Source: Botryllus schlosseri
Taxonomy: Eukaryota
Assembly (NCBI GenBank): GCA_051294905.1
Contig: CM119372.1
Coordinates: forward strand, 27,282,001-27,346,000
DNA length: 64,000 bases
Reading direction: 5' to 3'
Shown one piece after another: positions 27,332 to 40,100 of the stretch. Under the pieces are notes generated by a model that was given only the letters and a program-made list of their open reading frames with translations, did not search any database and was not told the DNA's origin. Position 1 is the stretch's first letter; every line of letters begins with the position of its first letter. The position numbers and the translations under genes were made by a program.

Positions 27332-28543
27332 CAGGGCCGTAACAGCACTTCGTCAGCCCCCCCCACAAAACGTTGGTCTTGGGCCCCCCATATGTTGACG
27401 AACCGAACTTCGGGGGGGGGGTGGGGGCTTCGCCCTCCAGACCCCCTCCTGCTGTTTTCTTATTACCGCTACTTACTTATCCTCCACATTGGAGGCCGTT
27501 TGGTGGGTCAGCTTTTCTCGCCTGAACGCGCCAAGCGCGAAAATTTTCTATAATTCATGATTCAATCGGTCAATATGATCGGGAATTGCATATATGATGC
27601 TATCAATTTTTATCCTCTCTCTGCTCACGTAATCAGATTAACAGGTAGAGCTGAGTGAGGTGTGTTAATTAAACATCTTCGTGCGTATACCCGTTGGCAG
27701 GAATGAAACAGCACTTCGTCAGGCCCCGCAAAAAATCTTGCGTCTGGGGCTCCCATAGGGTGATATACCTACCCACATCACCTTACTCGCTTTTGTCACG
27801 AAATGAATTGTATACTGCTTATTGGGCCAGCACCAAGCGCGAAAATTTTCAAAAATTCATAATAAAATCGGTCAATAAGATCGGGAATTGCATATATATT
27901 GCTATCAACTTCTTATCCTCTCTGCTCACGTAATCAGATTTACCGGTAGAGCTGAGTGAGGTGTCCTGAAAACTGTAGGGGCCGTTGGTATGACTCTTTA
28001 ACATGATGGTATTTCGTGACCTCCTGTCTGCTATATATAAAATATAGAATCGCCATAACGTAGGCTACGAAACTAAAAGACGCACACGATTTCAAATTGG
28101 TATTTCTTCACTGGCATATAATTTTTCCCTGCGGGACGGTAGTGGTCTTGTGAGATTGCCAAGACAGTATTTCGTATATATAACGAAGTTTTCGGTCAGC
28201 ATTGGGTCAGTCCTTTTCGACCAAGGTTTTCTCGCTGACTATCGTTCTGGCACACTTCTTGGAGTCGCATGTTACATGTTATATGTCTTGTTGCACCGTG
28301 GCGCGGTAATGGCCAACGCCAATATGCCCATTTCAATAAATCTTTTTCGTGTGGGAAGAGTACCCCAAAATCAAGACAATTGGCTACATGAAATCGCTTG
28401 TAGCGCGAAAAAAATTGAAAAAGTTGCATAAAGTTTATAAAAATGCTCTATAATTCATGCTAATTCACGAAATAATTTTGGGCCCCCTCGGAGATCGCCC
28501 CCTCCCCAAATTGGGGGTGTGGGGTGCGGCAGTTACGGGCCTG
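27332..28543. mobile_element. CAGGGCCGTAAC-terminated element with internal ~300 bp direct repeats (mirror ~38548-39757)
   Basis: TIR cagggccgtaac / gttacgggcctg, TSD ctcagtt(g/t)/cttagttt. Related sequence occurs at 47100-48330 and 50750-51283. Confidence 0.8.
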
Positions 28544-29226
28544 CTTAGTTTTTATGTAGGCTATCCTTGCACACATGCAATAATAGATATGGGCGAATCC
28601 AACACCTGGCTCAAACCCTTGACGTGGTGAAAGATAGATAATATTAGTAATAGACGCGAAAGGGGGATATGGGGGGCCGAGCCCCCCATAAGTTACGATT
28701 ACATTCTTATAGGGTATCCCCCGGTAAGTCTCGCCCAGGGCCTCCCCATTCGTAAGGCCATCACTGGACATAAGGCTGCAGCTCTACCATGATAGAATGG
28801 GAAGAAAGTGTTGAAACGGGAATTCTCGTTGATACAAAAAGTGACCAGAGGAGTATGATTTCGATAGTCCAAACCATCACTCTTATCGCCCGATTCGAAT
28901 CATGGAAAGTTGAGCTCGATTCAGATTTGAGTACGCTAGTCGTTGTGCCCATCCGTGCCTTGTGCCCCTGCCTTATGCCTCTATAGTAAACAATTCCCTC
29001 CCAATTATATTCGATGAACGGCATGCTGTTGTAACCAAGCAGCAGGCTGCAATTAAGTAGTAATGACGCTACCCTTGATAGTACTGCCCACCGTTTATAA
29101 ACATTTTTATATGTAGATTTTTTGGGACACCGATGTCTGCGTACGCCTAATATCGCTATCATGAGAGATTTCAACTCATTTAGGTTCAATTTTGCACGAA
29201 AATAGGAATATCCCGTTATTAAATGT

Positions 29227-30190
29227 CAGTGTTGGGATGACTCGAGTCATGACTTGACTCGAGTCAGACTCGAGTCACCTTTTTCGTATGACTTGACTTG
29301 ACTCGAGTCACTTTCCTAAAATGACTTGACTTGACTTGACTCGGCGTATCAGAAAGCTGGATTGACTCGTGACTCGAAGCAAAATTCACGAGTCAATTTC
29401 AAGTCATCAAGTAATCGGTGTCAATAAAAATCACTGTATCTTGCATATGTTCGGATTGTTCGCAAAACGCTGGTGTAACCCGTGAGAGCGATCAATCATT
29501 CAATGATCGTGCGTTCTACTGAGCCTCCATTGTTCTCTCACAAACAAATTGACCACAATCGAAGTGATCGAAGCTTACAGCTTGCGTTGTCATAAGTAAA
29601 GTCTAGTATAGCAAAATGTCTGTTTCTGTTCTCTGCTCTTACCTTAACCAAACCTCTTGTTTTATTGAAATTGAATTCGAATTTAGTTTATATAGTCCTC
29701 AACCATTGGCGCAGACTGGAATTGTATCATATCATTTTGTAAATGGGTTATGCATTGCATCTTATCAATTCGTTTCTAAATTCTCTATTTTGACTGGTAA
29801 CTATAAACTGAGGCTATGCAATTGCTTATGTAGTTTAGCAGTTCTAGGTATATGTGACCGATACAGCGCCTTCTTGCGTGAATATTTAACACAATGTTCG
29901 TTCATCGGTTAAAAATCAATGACCACTAAATCTGTATGTCAGAAAGCTAACAAAATGCAATGACGTAATCATGCCTGATACTTCGACAAGGCAACTTGAC
30001 TTGAATTTTGACTTGACTCGTGACTTGACTTGACTTGACTCGACTTGACTCGAGTCACCTTTGAAAATCGAGTGACTTGACTTGACTCGAGTCACCATCG
30101 AAAATGATTGACTTGACTTGACTCGAGTCAAAATGTGCAATGACTCGAAATGACTCGTGACTCGAAGGTAGTGACTTGATCCCAACACTG
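29227..30190. mobile_element. hAT-type element with (GACTT/GACTC)n subterminal arrays (mirror 36911-37864)
   Basis: TIR cagtgttgggat / atcccaacactg, perfect TSD ttaaatgt. Confidence 0.92.
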
Positions 30191-30577
30191 TTAAATGTCA
30201 GTTTCAGGTTTCTCGTAGGCTAGGTTTGGTTTCTACTGAATATCCATAACAGATATTAATCATGGTATCACTGAAATGATGCAAAGGGTCTTATCTTCCC
30301 CTTTGTTCAGACCGACATCCAGTTCCAATTCTTCTGATCGGTGGACATCTTGCGAGACGTGGAATTACGGTTATAAATATTGCTTGATTTCTTAAGTAGG
30401 CCTAATGAAATCCTCTGACTACCTATAAGTCCGTCGTACGAGCATAAAACTCGATCAATAATCATATTGACTGACAATAAATATTATCTAAGATTCTTTT
30501 TTTAAGCTCAGTCTTGCCAATTCATGCCAGGCTCTACTTCGAGAGCAGGCTCGGTTCGTTTTCTCCTGCGTCTAACC

Positions 30578-31647
30578 CAGGGGTTCTCAAAGGGTGGGCC
30601 ATGGCCCACTAGTGGGCCACAGGAGTAATTTTGGTGGGCCACAGAGCTATTTCGAAAATTATAGCATTCATGAAAGTTTGGTTGCATTTTTTTTTGTTCA
30701 TATTAAAAAAATATATTGATGTTATCGAGTTATACGTATGCTGCATAAAGCTTTTCATCCGACTCTGATGAGACTTAGTGGCACGTATGGAGTCATGAAT
30801 GTACAAGTCGAAATGGGAGGGGATACGGCGGCTTTTGTCCCACAAGCTATGACAACCTCCGGCCGGCAGCGACGAAAATAATTTCAATTATATAATAACT
30901 GAAAGTTAATGCTGAAATATCCAAGTATTCCGGCAGGGTCATAATGGATTGAGGAGTTGGCACAGCATATTAATCTTCGGAGTCGGTCTAAAAATGTCCG
31001 GCCTTGAAATCGTTATACATAATGTAAGAGTCACATGAATTGGTGGTATCCTTGGAATTAATGTTATTACATCACAACTTCAAAAGGTACAAGACATATA
31101 CTAGGTAGGCCTACACTGTATTACTAGCGTATTAAAAAAATTTCAACACTTCTCTGTAGTATCCCATTCATCAAAGAATTGTTTAAAGCGGCCCAGAATG
31201 GGTTTAGTATTCCCCATCAGAGTGGAATTAAACCCCTAATCATACAGTGAATGCGGGGATTGGATCATTGGGTTTCGCGACTTGAGTCGAACAGAGGATG
31301 TAGAGTGCACACACGAGTTACACGATATTGCAGGGCCGTAACTTTCGCACCCCTAACCAACAATTGGGAGAGCTCTAAGTTGGTAATAATTATTTCGTTG
31401 GTTGTCTGTTGGAGATTTATGTACCTTGAAATATTTTGTCGCGCTCCGCGCGATTTCATGTTCCCTCGGATCGACATTTAAATATGAACAGTAGCCTAAT
31501 CAAAGAAAAATGCGTACATTTTAGAGGAAAAGCCATATCGGTGGCGATTAGCCTACCACACATTGAAATGACTTTATAAGAGGTGGGCCACAGAACATTT
31601 TCAAACCGGAAAATGGGCCACAGCCAAAAAATGGCTGATAACCCCTG
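30578..31647. mobile_element. hAT/Charlie-like non-autonomous element (mirror 35454-36523)
   Basis: TIR caggggttctca / tgataacccctg, perfect TSD gtctaacc. Confidence 0.88.
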
Positions 31648-32970
31648 GTCTAACCTGTTGCACCAGGTTTATATTGGCAGTTTCGACATTGCTTCCTATG
31701 TAGGCCTATATAGCCTATGTATTTATTTCATTCCATTACATTACATAAAAGGAGATTAGGCCTAGCGAAAAATAGAAAGAAGTTGGTGATTTATAGCTAT
31801 TGCTACGGATGTGTGTATGTATCATACAAATGGACATATGGTTATAGAGTTTCGCAATGCCGTTATTGATGTTTGTCACAAGAGGTCTTTCAGGCGAGAC
31901 AGGGTCATAGGTAGTGGTTCTTCTGTGTCCGTTATCGGACCAGTCTGAATGTTGCCTCGTGTCCTTGCTTTTCACTGGAATACTTTATTATCAAGCATAT
32001 CTACATAATACACGGATCATAGAGTTTCTATTCTAGCAAGTCGCAACGCCTTTATTCGTGAACAATACAATTGGCAAAATACGATTATTGTCTGCTGAAT
32101 ACAGTTAAGAGCCGATAAAACAGTGGCGCTTACGACGATATAAGTTGGCATATTTCCATGCTCCCGCTGCTTTAATCGTAATCTGGCGTTAGCGTAGCGT
32201 ATGCGCTGTGCGACATACAAAATATGAAACTGTAAATCCTAGCATTCATTACAAATGTGCTGGATAAATAGGAATTTTTAAATCTACTCAGAATTGCTTC
32301 GCGGGCCGGATGAAATCGTCTGGCGGGTCGTATGTTTGACACCCCTGCTCTAGCTGTTGCGCAGGTGGTTTTGTACATCCTGGTTTTATATGCCTTTGAC
32401 TCATCTTCCATCTTGTTTTCAATCTCTAGCTTGGTTCTGTGTTTTCTAGCTTTTTCATTGTATATGGTTATAATAAATTTGGTTGCAATAGTACGGCATG
32501 TTACCTGATTATGGTCAATAACTACTTACACTTCGACATAACCACTTCCAAATGCGGGACATGGGTGTTTTGGACGACTGTTCGTTCTACACGGCAAGAA
32601 GCGAGTGGCACCAGCGTCATGACACCAATGGCAGTGGTTCGAATCTCGGTTCGGACCAACTACTATATGAAAAAGCCCAGAAGGAAGATGGGCCCAAGTT
32701 ATGGACGCACGAAAAACGGGAGAGAAGAGTGCGTGAATAGAAGTCGTCCGTAACACGATTGAAAAAGACCTCACCAAGAATTGATGTTACTGAACTTAAT
32801 GTACGGGGCGCAAATGACAACAGAGTTTATAAGCGCAACAGTCATGAATAAAACAAATAAACAAACGAACACGGCAGGATAAAACGTGACCATACAAAAG
32901 ATGTAGCAGATACAACTGTACCAAGGTGCCTTATCGAGACGTGAAGTTGATTCGAGAATGCTCCGCTAAG

Positions 32971-33234
32971 GTTTGTTTGTTTTGTGGTATTCATGGTGTT
33001 TGTCGACTACGATGGTCATTTACACCAGGCAGATAATCTTTTTTATTTTCCGTGACTGCCGGCCCACCTCCAGGCTTTTGTAAGACACCGCTGACGCGGA
33101 TGAGGTGGCGAGGAGGAGCGTAGGTAAACCTCCAACACTTAGATATCGGAATTCGGAAGTCGACCTCGGTCGGACTCGAACCCGCACCCATTGGTGTTGC
33201 AGCCGCGGATTATACCACTGCGCTATCTCGCCAC
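32971..33234 (-). mobile_element. tRNA-derived SINE (mirror of 33867-34130)
   Basis: Reverse complement of the 33867 copy. Confidence 0.88.
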
Positions 33235-33866
33235 AGCACCGGTAAGGTAAATCGTTTCGTATAGTTCGGCAACAGATCATCACCATCGTAAATGTTACCC
33301 ATAGTAAGTAAACATAACATGGTTTGTTTAAATGCGGAATCCGTATGTAATTGCCTGAACATGCCCAGTAAATGATCTGTTACCTACTAGCTATTCCCAG
33401 CTCGCAGTGTTATTTTCGATAGGATACACTTCCATTGGTGACGCACTGTGATTATGAAGTAGGATCCTGCTAACAAGTCGAAGTTTGATTGATTGAATTC
33501 ACGAAGTCGTTTCGACTCCTGCAATTCTTTTTATCGTATCGCAATTCTTGGCGTCTGGCATTTTGCTCCACAATTCAATAATACTCATACTCATAAACAC
33601 TTCTGCCATCGTAAACAGTTTAACTTGTTAGCAGGATCCTACTTCATAATCACAGTGCGTCACCAATGGAAGTGTATCCTATCGAAAATAACACTGCGAG
33701 CTGGGAATAGCTAGTAGGTAACAGATCATTTACTGGGCATGTTCAGGCAATTACATACGGATTCCGCATTTAAACAAACCATGTTATGTTTACTTACTAT
33801 GGGTAACATTTACGATGGTGATGATCTGTTGCCGAACTATACGAAACGATTTACCTTACCGGTGCT

Positions 33867-34130
33867 GTGGCGAGATAGCGCAGTGGTATAATCCGCGGCT
33901 GCAACACCAATGGGTGCGGGTTCGAGTCCGACCGAGGTCGACTTCCGAATTCCGATATCTAAGTGTTGGAGGTTTACCTACGCTCCTCCTCGCCACCTCA
34001 TCCGCGTCAGCGGTGTCTTACAAAAGCCTGGAGGTGGGCCGGCAGTCACGGAAAATAAAAAAGATTATCTGCCTGGTGTAAATGACCATCGTAGTCGACA
34101 AACACCATGAATACCACAAAACAAACAAAC
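33867..34130 (+). mobile_element. tRNA-derived SINE with (AAAC)n tail
   Basis: A box tagcgcagtgg, B box ggttcgagtcc, ctgcaac anticodon-like loop (Cys-like) and (aaac)n tail. Degenerate TSD ccttaccggtgc / ccttagcggagc. Confidence 0.88.
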
Positions 34131-37100
34131 CTTAGCGGAGCATTCTCGAATCAACTTCACGTCTCGATAAGGCACCTTGGTACAGTTGTATCTGCTACAT
34201 CTTTTGTATGGTCACGTTTTATCCTGCCGTGTTCGTTTGTTTATTTGTTTTATTCATGACTGTTGCGCTTATAAACTCTGTTGTCATTTGCGCCCCGTAC
34301 ATTAAGTTCAGTAACATCAATTCTTGGTGAGGTCTTTTTCAATCGTGTTACGGACGACTTCTATTCACGCACTCTTCTCTCCCGTTTTTCGTGCGTCCAT
34401 AACTTGGGCCCATCTTCCTTCTGGGCTTTTTCATATAGTAGTTGGTCCGAACCGAGATTCGAACCACTGCCATTGGTGTCATGACGCTGGTGCCACTCGC
34501 TTCTTGCCGTGTAGAACGAACAGTCGTCCAAAACACCCATGTCCCGCATTTGGAAGTGGTTATGTCGAAGTGTAAGTAGTTATTGACCATAATCAGGTAA
34601 CATGCCGTACTATTGCAACCAAATTTATTATAACCATATACAATGAAAAAGCTAGAAAACACAGAACCAAGCTAGAGATTGAAAACAAGATGGAAGATGA
34701 GTCAAAGGCATATAAAACCAGGATGTACAAAACCACCTGCGCAACAGCTAGAGCAGGGGTGTCAAACATACGACCCGCCAGACGATTTCATCCGGCCCGC
34801 GAAGCAATTCTGAGTAGATTTAAAAATTCCTATTTATCCAGCACATTTGTAATGAATGCTAGGATTTACAGTTTCATATTTTGTATGTCGCACAGCGCAT
34901 ACGCTACGCTAACGCCAGATTACGATTAAAGCAGCGGGAGCATGGAAATATGCCAACTTATATCGTCGTAAGCGCCACTGTTTTATCGGCTCTTAACTGT
35001 ATTCAGCAGACAATAATCGTATTTTGCCAATTGTATTGTTCACGAATAAAGGCGTTGCGACTTGCTAGAATAGAAACTCTATGATCCGTGTATTATGTAG
35101 ATATGCTTGATAATAAAGTATTCCAGTGAAAAGCAAGGACACGAGGCAACATTCAGACTGGTCCGATAACGGACACAGAAGAACCACTACCTATGACCCT
35201 GTCTCGCCTGAAAGACCTCTTGTGACAAACATCAATAACGGCATTGCGAAACTCTATAACCATATGTCCATTTGTATGATACATACACACATCCGTAGCA
35301 ATAGCTATAAATCACCAACTTCTTTCTATTTTTCGCTAGGCCTAATCTCCTTTTATGTAATGTAATGGAATGAAATAAATACATAGGCTATATAGGCCTA
35401 CATAGGAAGCAATGTCGAAACTGCCAATATAAACCTGGTGCAACAGGTTAGACCAGGGGTTATCAGCCATTTTTTGGCTGTGGCCCATTTTCCGGTTTGA
35501 AAATGTTCTGTGGCCCACCTCTTATAAAGTCATTTCAATGTGTGGTAGGCTAATCGCCACCGATATGGCTTTTCCTCTAAAATGTACGCATTTTTCTTTG
35601 ATTAGGCTACTGTTCATATTTAAATGTCGATCCGAGGGAACATGAAATCGCGCGGAGCGCGACAAAATATTTCAAGGTACATAAATCTCCAACAGACAAC
35701 CAACGAAATAATTATTACCAACTTAGAGCTCTCCCAATTGTTGGTTAGGGGTGCGAAAGTTACGGCCCTGCAATATCGTGTAACTCGTGTGTGCACTCTA
35801 CATCCTCTGTTCGACTCAAGTCGCGAAACCCAATGATCCAATCCCCGCATTCACTGTATGATTAGTGGTTTAATTCCACTCTGATGGGGAATACTAAACC
35901 CATTCTGGGCCGCTTTAAACAATTCTTTGATGAATGGGATACTACAGAGAAGTGTTGAAATTTTTTTAATACGCTAGTAATACAGTGTAGGCCTACCTAG
36001 TATATGTCTTGTACCTTTTGAAGTTGTGATGTAATAACATTAATTCCAAGGATACCACCAATTCATGTGACTCTTACATTATGTATAACGATTTCAAGGC
36101 CGGACATTTTTAGACCGACTCCGAAGATTAATATGCTGTGCCAACTCCTCAATCCATTATGACCCTGCCGGAATACTTGGATATTTCAGCATTAACTTTC
36201 AGTTATTATATAATTGAAATTATTTTCGTCGCTGCCGGCCGGAGGTTGTCATAGCTTGTGGGACAAAAGCCGCCGTATCCCCTCCCATTTCGACTTGTAC
36301 ATTCATGACTCCATACGTGCCACTAAGTCTCATCAGAGTCGGATGAAAAGCTTTATGCAGCATACGTATAACTCGATAACATCAATATATTTTTTTAATA
36401 TGAACAAAAAAAAATGCAACCAAACTTTCATGAATGCTATAATTTTCGAAATAGCTCTGTGGCCCACCAAAATTACTCCTGTGGCCCACTAGTGGGCCAT
36501 GGCCCACCCTTTGAGAACCCCTGGGTTAGACGCAGGAGAAAACGAACCGAGCCTGCTCTCGAAGTAGAGCCTGGCATGAATTGGCAAGACTGAGCTTAAA
36601 AAAAGAATCTTAGATAATATTTATTGTCAGTCAATATGATTATTGATCGAGTTTTATGCTCGTACGACGGACTTATAGGTAGTCAGAGGATTTCATTAGG
36701 CCTACTTAAGAAATCAAGCAATATTTATAACCGTAATTCCACGTCTCGCAAGATGTCCACCGATCAGAAGAATTGGAACTGTATGTCGGTCTGAACAAAG
36801 GGGAAGATAAGACCCTTTGCATCATTTCAGTGATACCATGATTAATATCTGTTATGGATATTCAGTAGAAACCAAACCTAGCCTACGAGAAACCTGAAAC
36901 TGACATTTAACAGTGTTGGGATCAAGTCACTACCTTCGAGTCACGAGTCATTTCGAGTCATTGCACATTTTGACTCGAGTCAAGTCAAGTCAATCATTTT
37001 CGATGGTGACTCGAGTCAAGTCAAGTCACTCGATTTTCAAAGGTGACTCGAGTCAAGTCGAGTCAAGTCAAGTCAAGTCACGAGTCAAGTCAAAATTCAA

Positions 37101-40100
37101 GTCAAGTTGCCTTGTCGAAGTATCAGGCATGATTACGTCATTGCATTTTGTTAGCTTTCTGACATACAGATTTAGTGGTCATTGATTTTTAACCGATGAA
37201 CGAACATTGTGTTAAATATTCACGCAAGAAGGCGCTGTATCGGTCACATATACCTAGAACTGCTAAACTACATAAGCAATCAGTTTATAGTTACCAGTCA
37301 AAATAGAGAATTTAGAAACGAATTGATAAGATGCAATGCATAACCCATTTACAAAATGATATGATACAATTCCAGTCTGCGCCAATGGTTGAGGACTATA
37401 TAAACTAAATTCGAATTCAATTTCAATAAAACAAGAGGTTTGGTTAAGGTAAGAGCAGAGAACAGAAACAGACATTTTGCTATACTAGACTTTACTTATG
37501 ACAACGCAAGCTGTAAGCTTCGATCACTTCGATTGTGGTCAATTTGTTTGTGAGAGAACAATGGAGGCTCAGTAGAACGCACGATCATTGAATGATTGAT
37601 CGCTCTCACGGGTTACACCAGCGTTTTGCGAACAATCCGAACATATGCAAGATACAGTGATTTTTATTGACACCGATTACTTGATGACTTGAAATTGACT
37701 CGTGAATTTTGCTTCGAGTCACGAGTCAATCCAGCTTTCTGATACGCCGAGTCAAGTCAAGTCAAGTCATTTTAGGAAAGTGACTCGAGTCAAGTCAAGT
37801 CATACGAAAAAGGTGACTCGAGTCTGACTCGAGTCAAGTCATGACTCGAGTCATCCCAACACTGACATTTAATAACGGGATATTCCTATTTTCGTGCAAA
37901 ATTGAACCTAAATGAGTTGAAATCTCTCATGATAGCGATATTAGGCGTACGCAGACATCGGTGTCCCAAAAAATCTACATATAAAAATGTTTATAAACGG
38001 TGGGCAGTACTATCAAGGGTAGCGTCATTACTACTTAATTGCAGCCTGCTGCTTGGTTACAACAGCATGCCGTTCATCGAATATAATGGGGAGGGAATTG
38101 TTTACTATAGAGGCATAAGGCAGGGGCACAAGGCACGGATGGGCACAACGACTAGCGTACTCAAATCTGAATCGAGCTCAACTTTCCATGATTCGAATCG
38201 GGCGATAAGAGTGATGGTTTGGACTATCGAAATCATACTCCTCTGGTCACTTTTTGTATCAACGAGAATTCCCGTTTCAACACTTTCTTCCCATTCTATC
38301 ATGGTAGAGCTGCAGCCTTATGTCCAGTGATGGCCTTACGAATGGGGAGGCCCTGGGCGAGACTTACCGGGGGATACCCTATAAGAATGTAATCGTAACT
38401 TATGGGGGGCTCGGCCCCCCATATCCCCCTTTCGCGTCTATTACTAATATTATCTATCTTTCACCACGTCAAGGGTTTGAGCCAGGTGTTGGATTCGCCC
38501 ATATCTATTATTGCATGTGTGCAAGGATAGCCTACATAAAAACTAAGCAGGCCCGTAACTGCCGCACCCCACACCCCCAATTTGGGGAGGGGGCGATCTC
38601 CGAGGGGGCCCAAAATTATTTCGTGAATTAGCATGAATTATAGAGCATTTTTATAAACTTTATGCAACTTTTTCAATTTTTTTCGCGCTACAAGCGATTT
38701 CATGTAGCCAATTGTCTTGATTTTGGGGTACTCTTCCCACACGAAAAAGATTTATTGAAATGGGCATATTGGCGTTGGCCATTACCGCGCCACGGTGCAA
38801 CAAGACATATAACATGTAACATGCGACTCCAAGAAGTGTGCCAGAACGATAGTCAGCGAGAAAACCTTGGTCGAAAAGGACTGACCCAATGCTGACCGAA
38901 AACTTCGTTATATATACGAAATACTGTCTTGGCAATCTCACAAGACCACTACCGTCCCGCAGGGAAAAATTATATGCCAGTGAAGAAATACCAATTTGAA
39001 ATCGTGTGCGTCTTTTAGTTTCGTAGCCTACGTTATGGCGATTCTATATTTTATATATAGCAGACAGGAGGTCACGAAATACCATCATGTCAAAGAGTCA
39101 TACCAACGGCCCCTACAGTTTTCAGGACACCTCACTCAGCTCTACCGGTAAATCTGATTACGTGAGCAGAGAGGATAAGAAGTTGATAGCAATATATATG
39201 CAATTCCCGATCTTATTGACCGATTTTATTATGAATTTTTGAAAATTTTCGCGCTTGGTGCTGGCCCAATAAGCAGTATACAATTCATTTCGTGACAAAA
39301 GCGAGTAAGGTGATGTGGGTAGGTATATCACCCTATGGGAGCCCCAGACGCAAGATTTTTTGCGGGGCCTGACGAAGTGCTGTTTCATTCCTGCCAACGG
39401 GTATACGCACGAAGATGTTTAATTAACACACCTCACTCAGCTCTACCTGTTAATCTGATTACGTGAGCAGAGAGAGGATAAAAATTGATAGCATCATATA
39501 TGCAATTCCCGATCATATTGACCGATTGAATCATGAATTATAGAAAATTTTCGCGCTTGGCGCGTTCAGGCGAGAAAAGCTGACCCACCAAACGGCCTCC
39601 AATGTGGAGGATAAGTAAGTAGCGGTAATAAGAAAACAGCAGGAGGGGGTCTGGAGGGCGAAGCCCCCCCCCCCCGAAGTTCGGTTCGTCAACATATGGG
39701 GGGCCCAAGACCAACGTTTTGTGGGGGGGGGGCTGACGAAGTGCTGTTACGGCCCTGAAACTGAGTAATTCTAACGCATGCAGAGACGTGATGATTATCT
39801 GGATATGGGACTTTTCTAACAAATGCATAGATTTGATGATGATTGACCCATCTGTACGGAATCATATTCTTGATTGGTACTGGGATTCAGGGATATCTAG
39901 AACTACTAGTTCTAGATATCCCTGCTGGGATTTCTCCGTTTATTCGCTATATTCTAGGGATGGTGTGAACGTGAAGTTCACGTTCGCGTTCTGTGTGTGA
40001 ACCTCGGAAATTTAGAGGTTCGCGTTCACAACAGAACCTTGATAGGTTCTGCATTGTGAACCTCTTTACATATATTACAATTTTCACTTCATTATGACAT

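Larger units (their letters stand above)
26040..28766. mobile_element. CAGT-terminated element (homologue of 17152-17583) hosting three nested insertions (mirror 38325-41049)
   Basis: Perfect TSD gacataag. Its interior matches the 17152-17583 element once the nested inserts are removed. Confidence 0.85.

Noticed and set aside
33867..33945. Functional tRNA-Cys gene
   Set aside because: A and B boxes are present but there is no proper acceptor stem. It continues into a shared body and (AAAC)n tail with TSDs, so it is a SINE head.
32971..34130. Inverted SINE pair as the trigger of the 23 kb palindrome
   Set aside because: Mirror identity continues ~245 bp inward of the SINEs to the spacer, so the pair is a product of the duplication.
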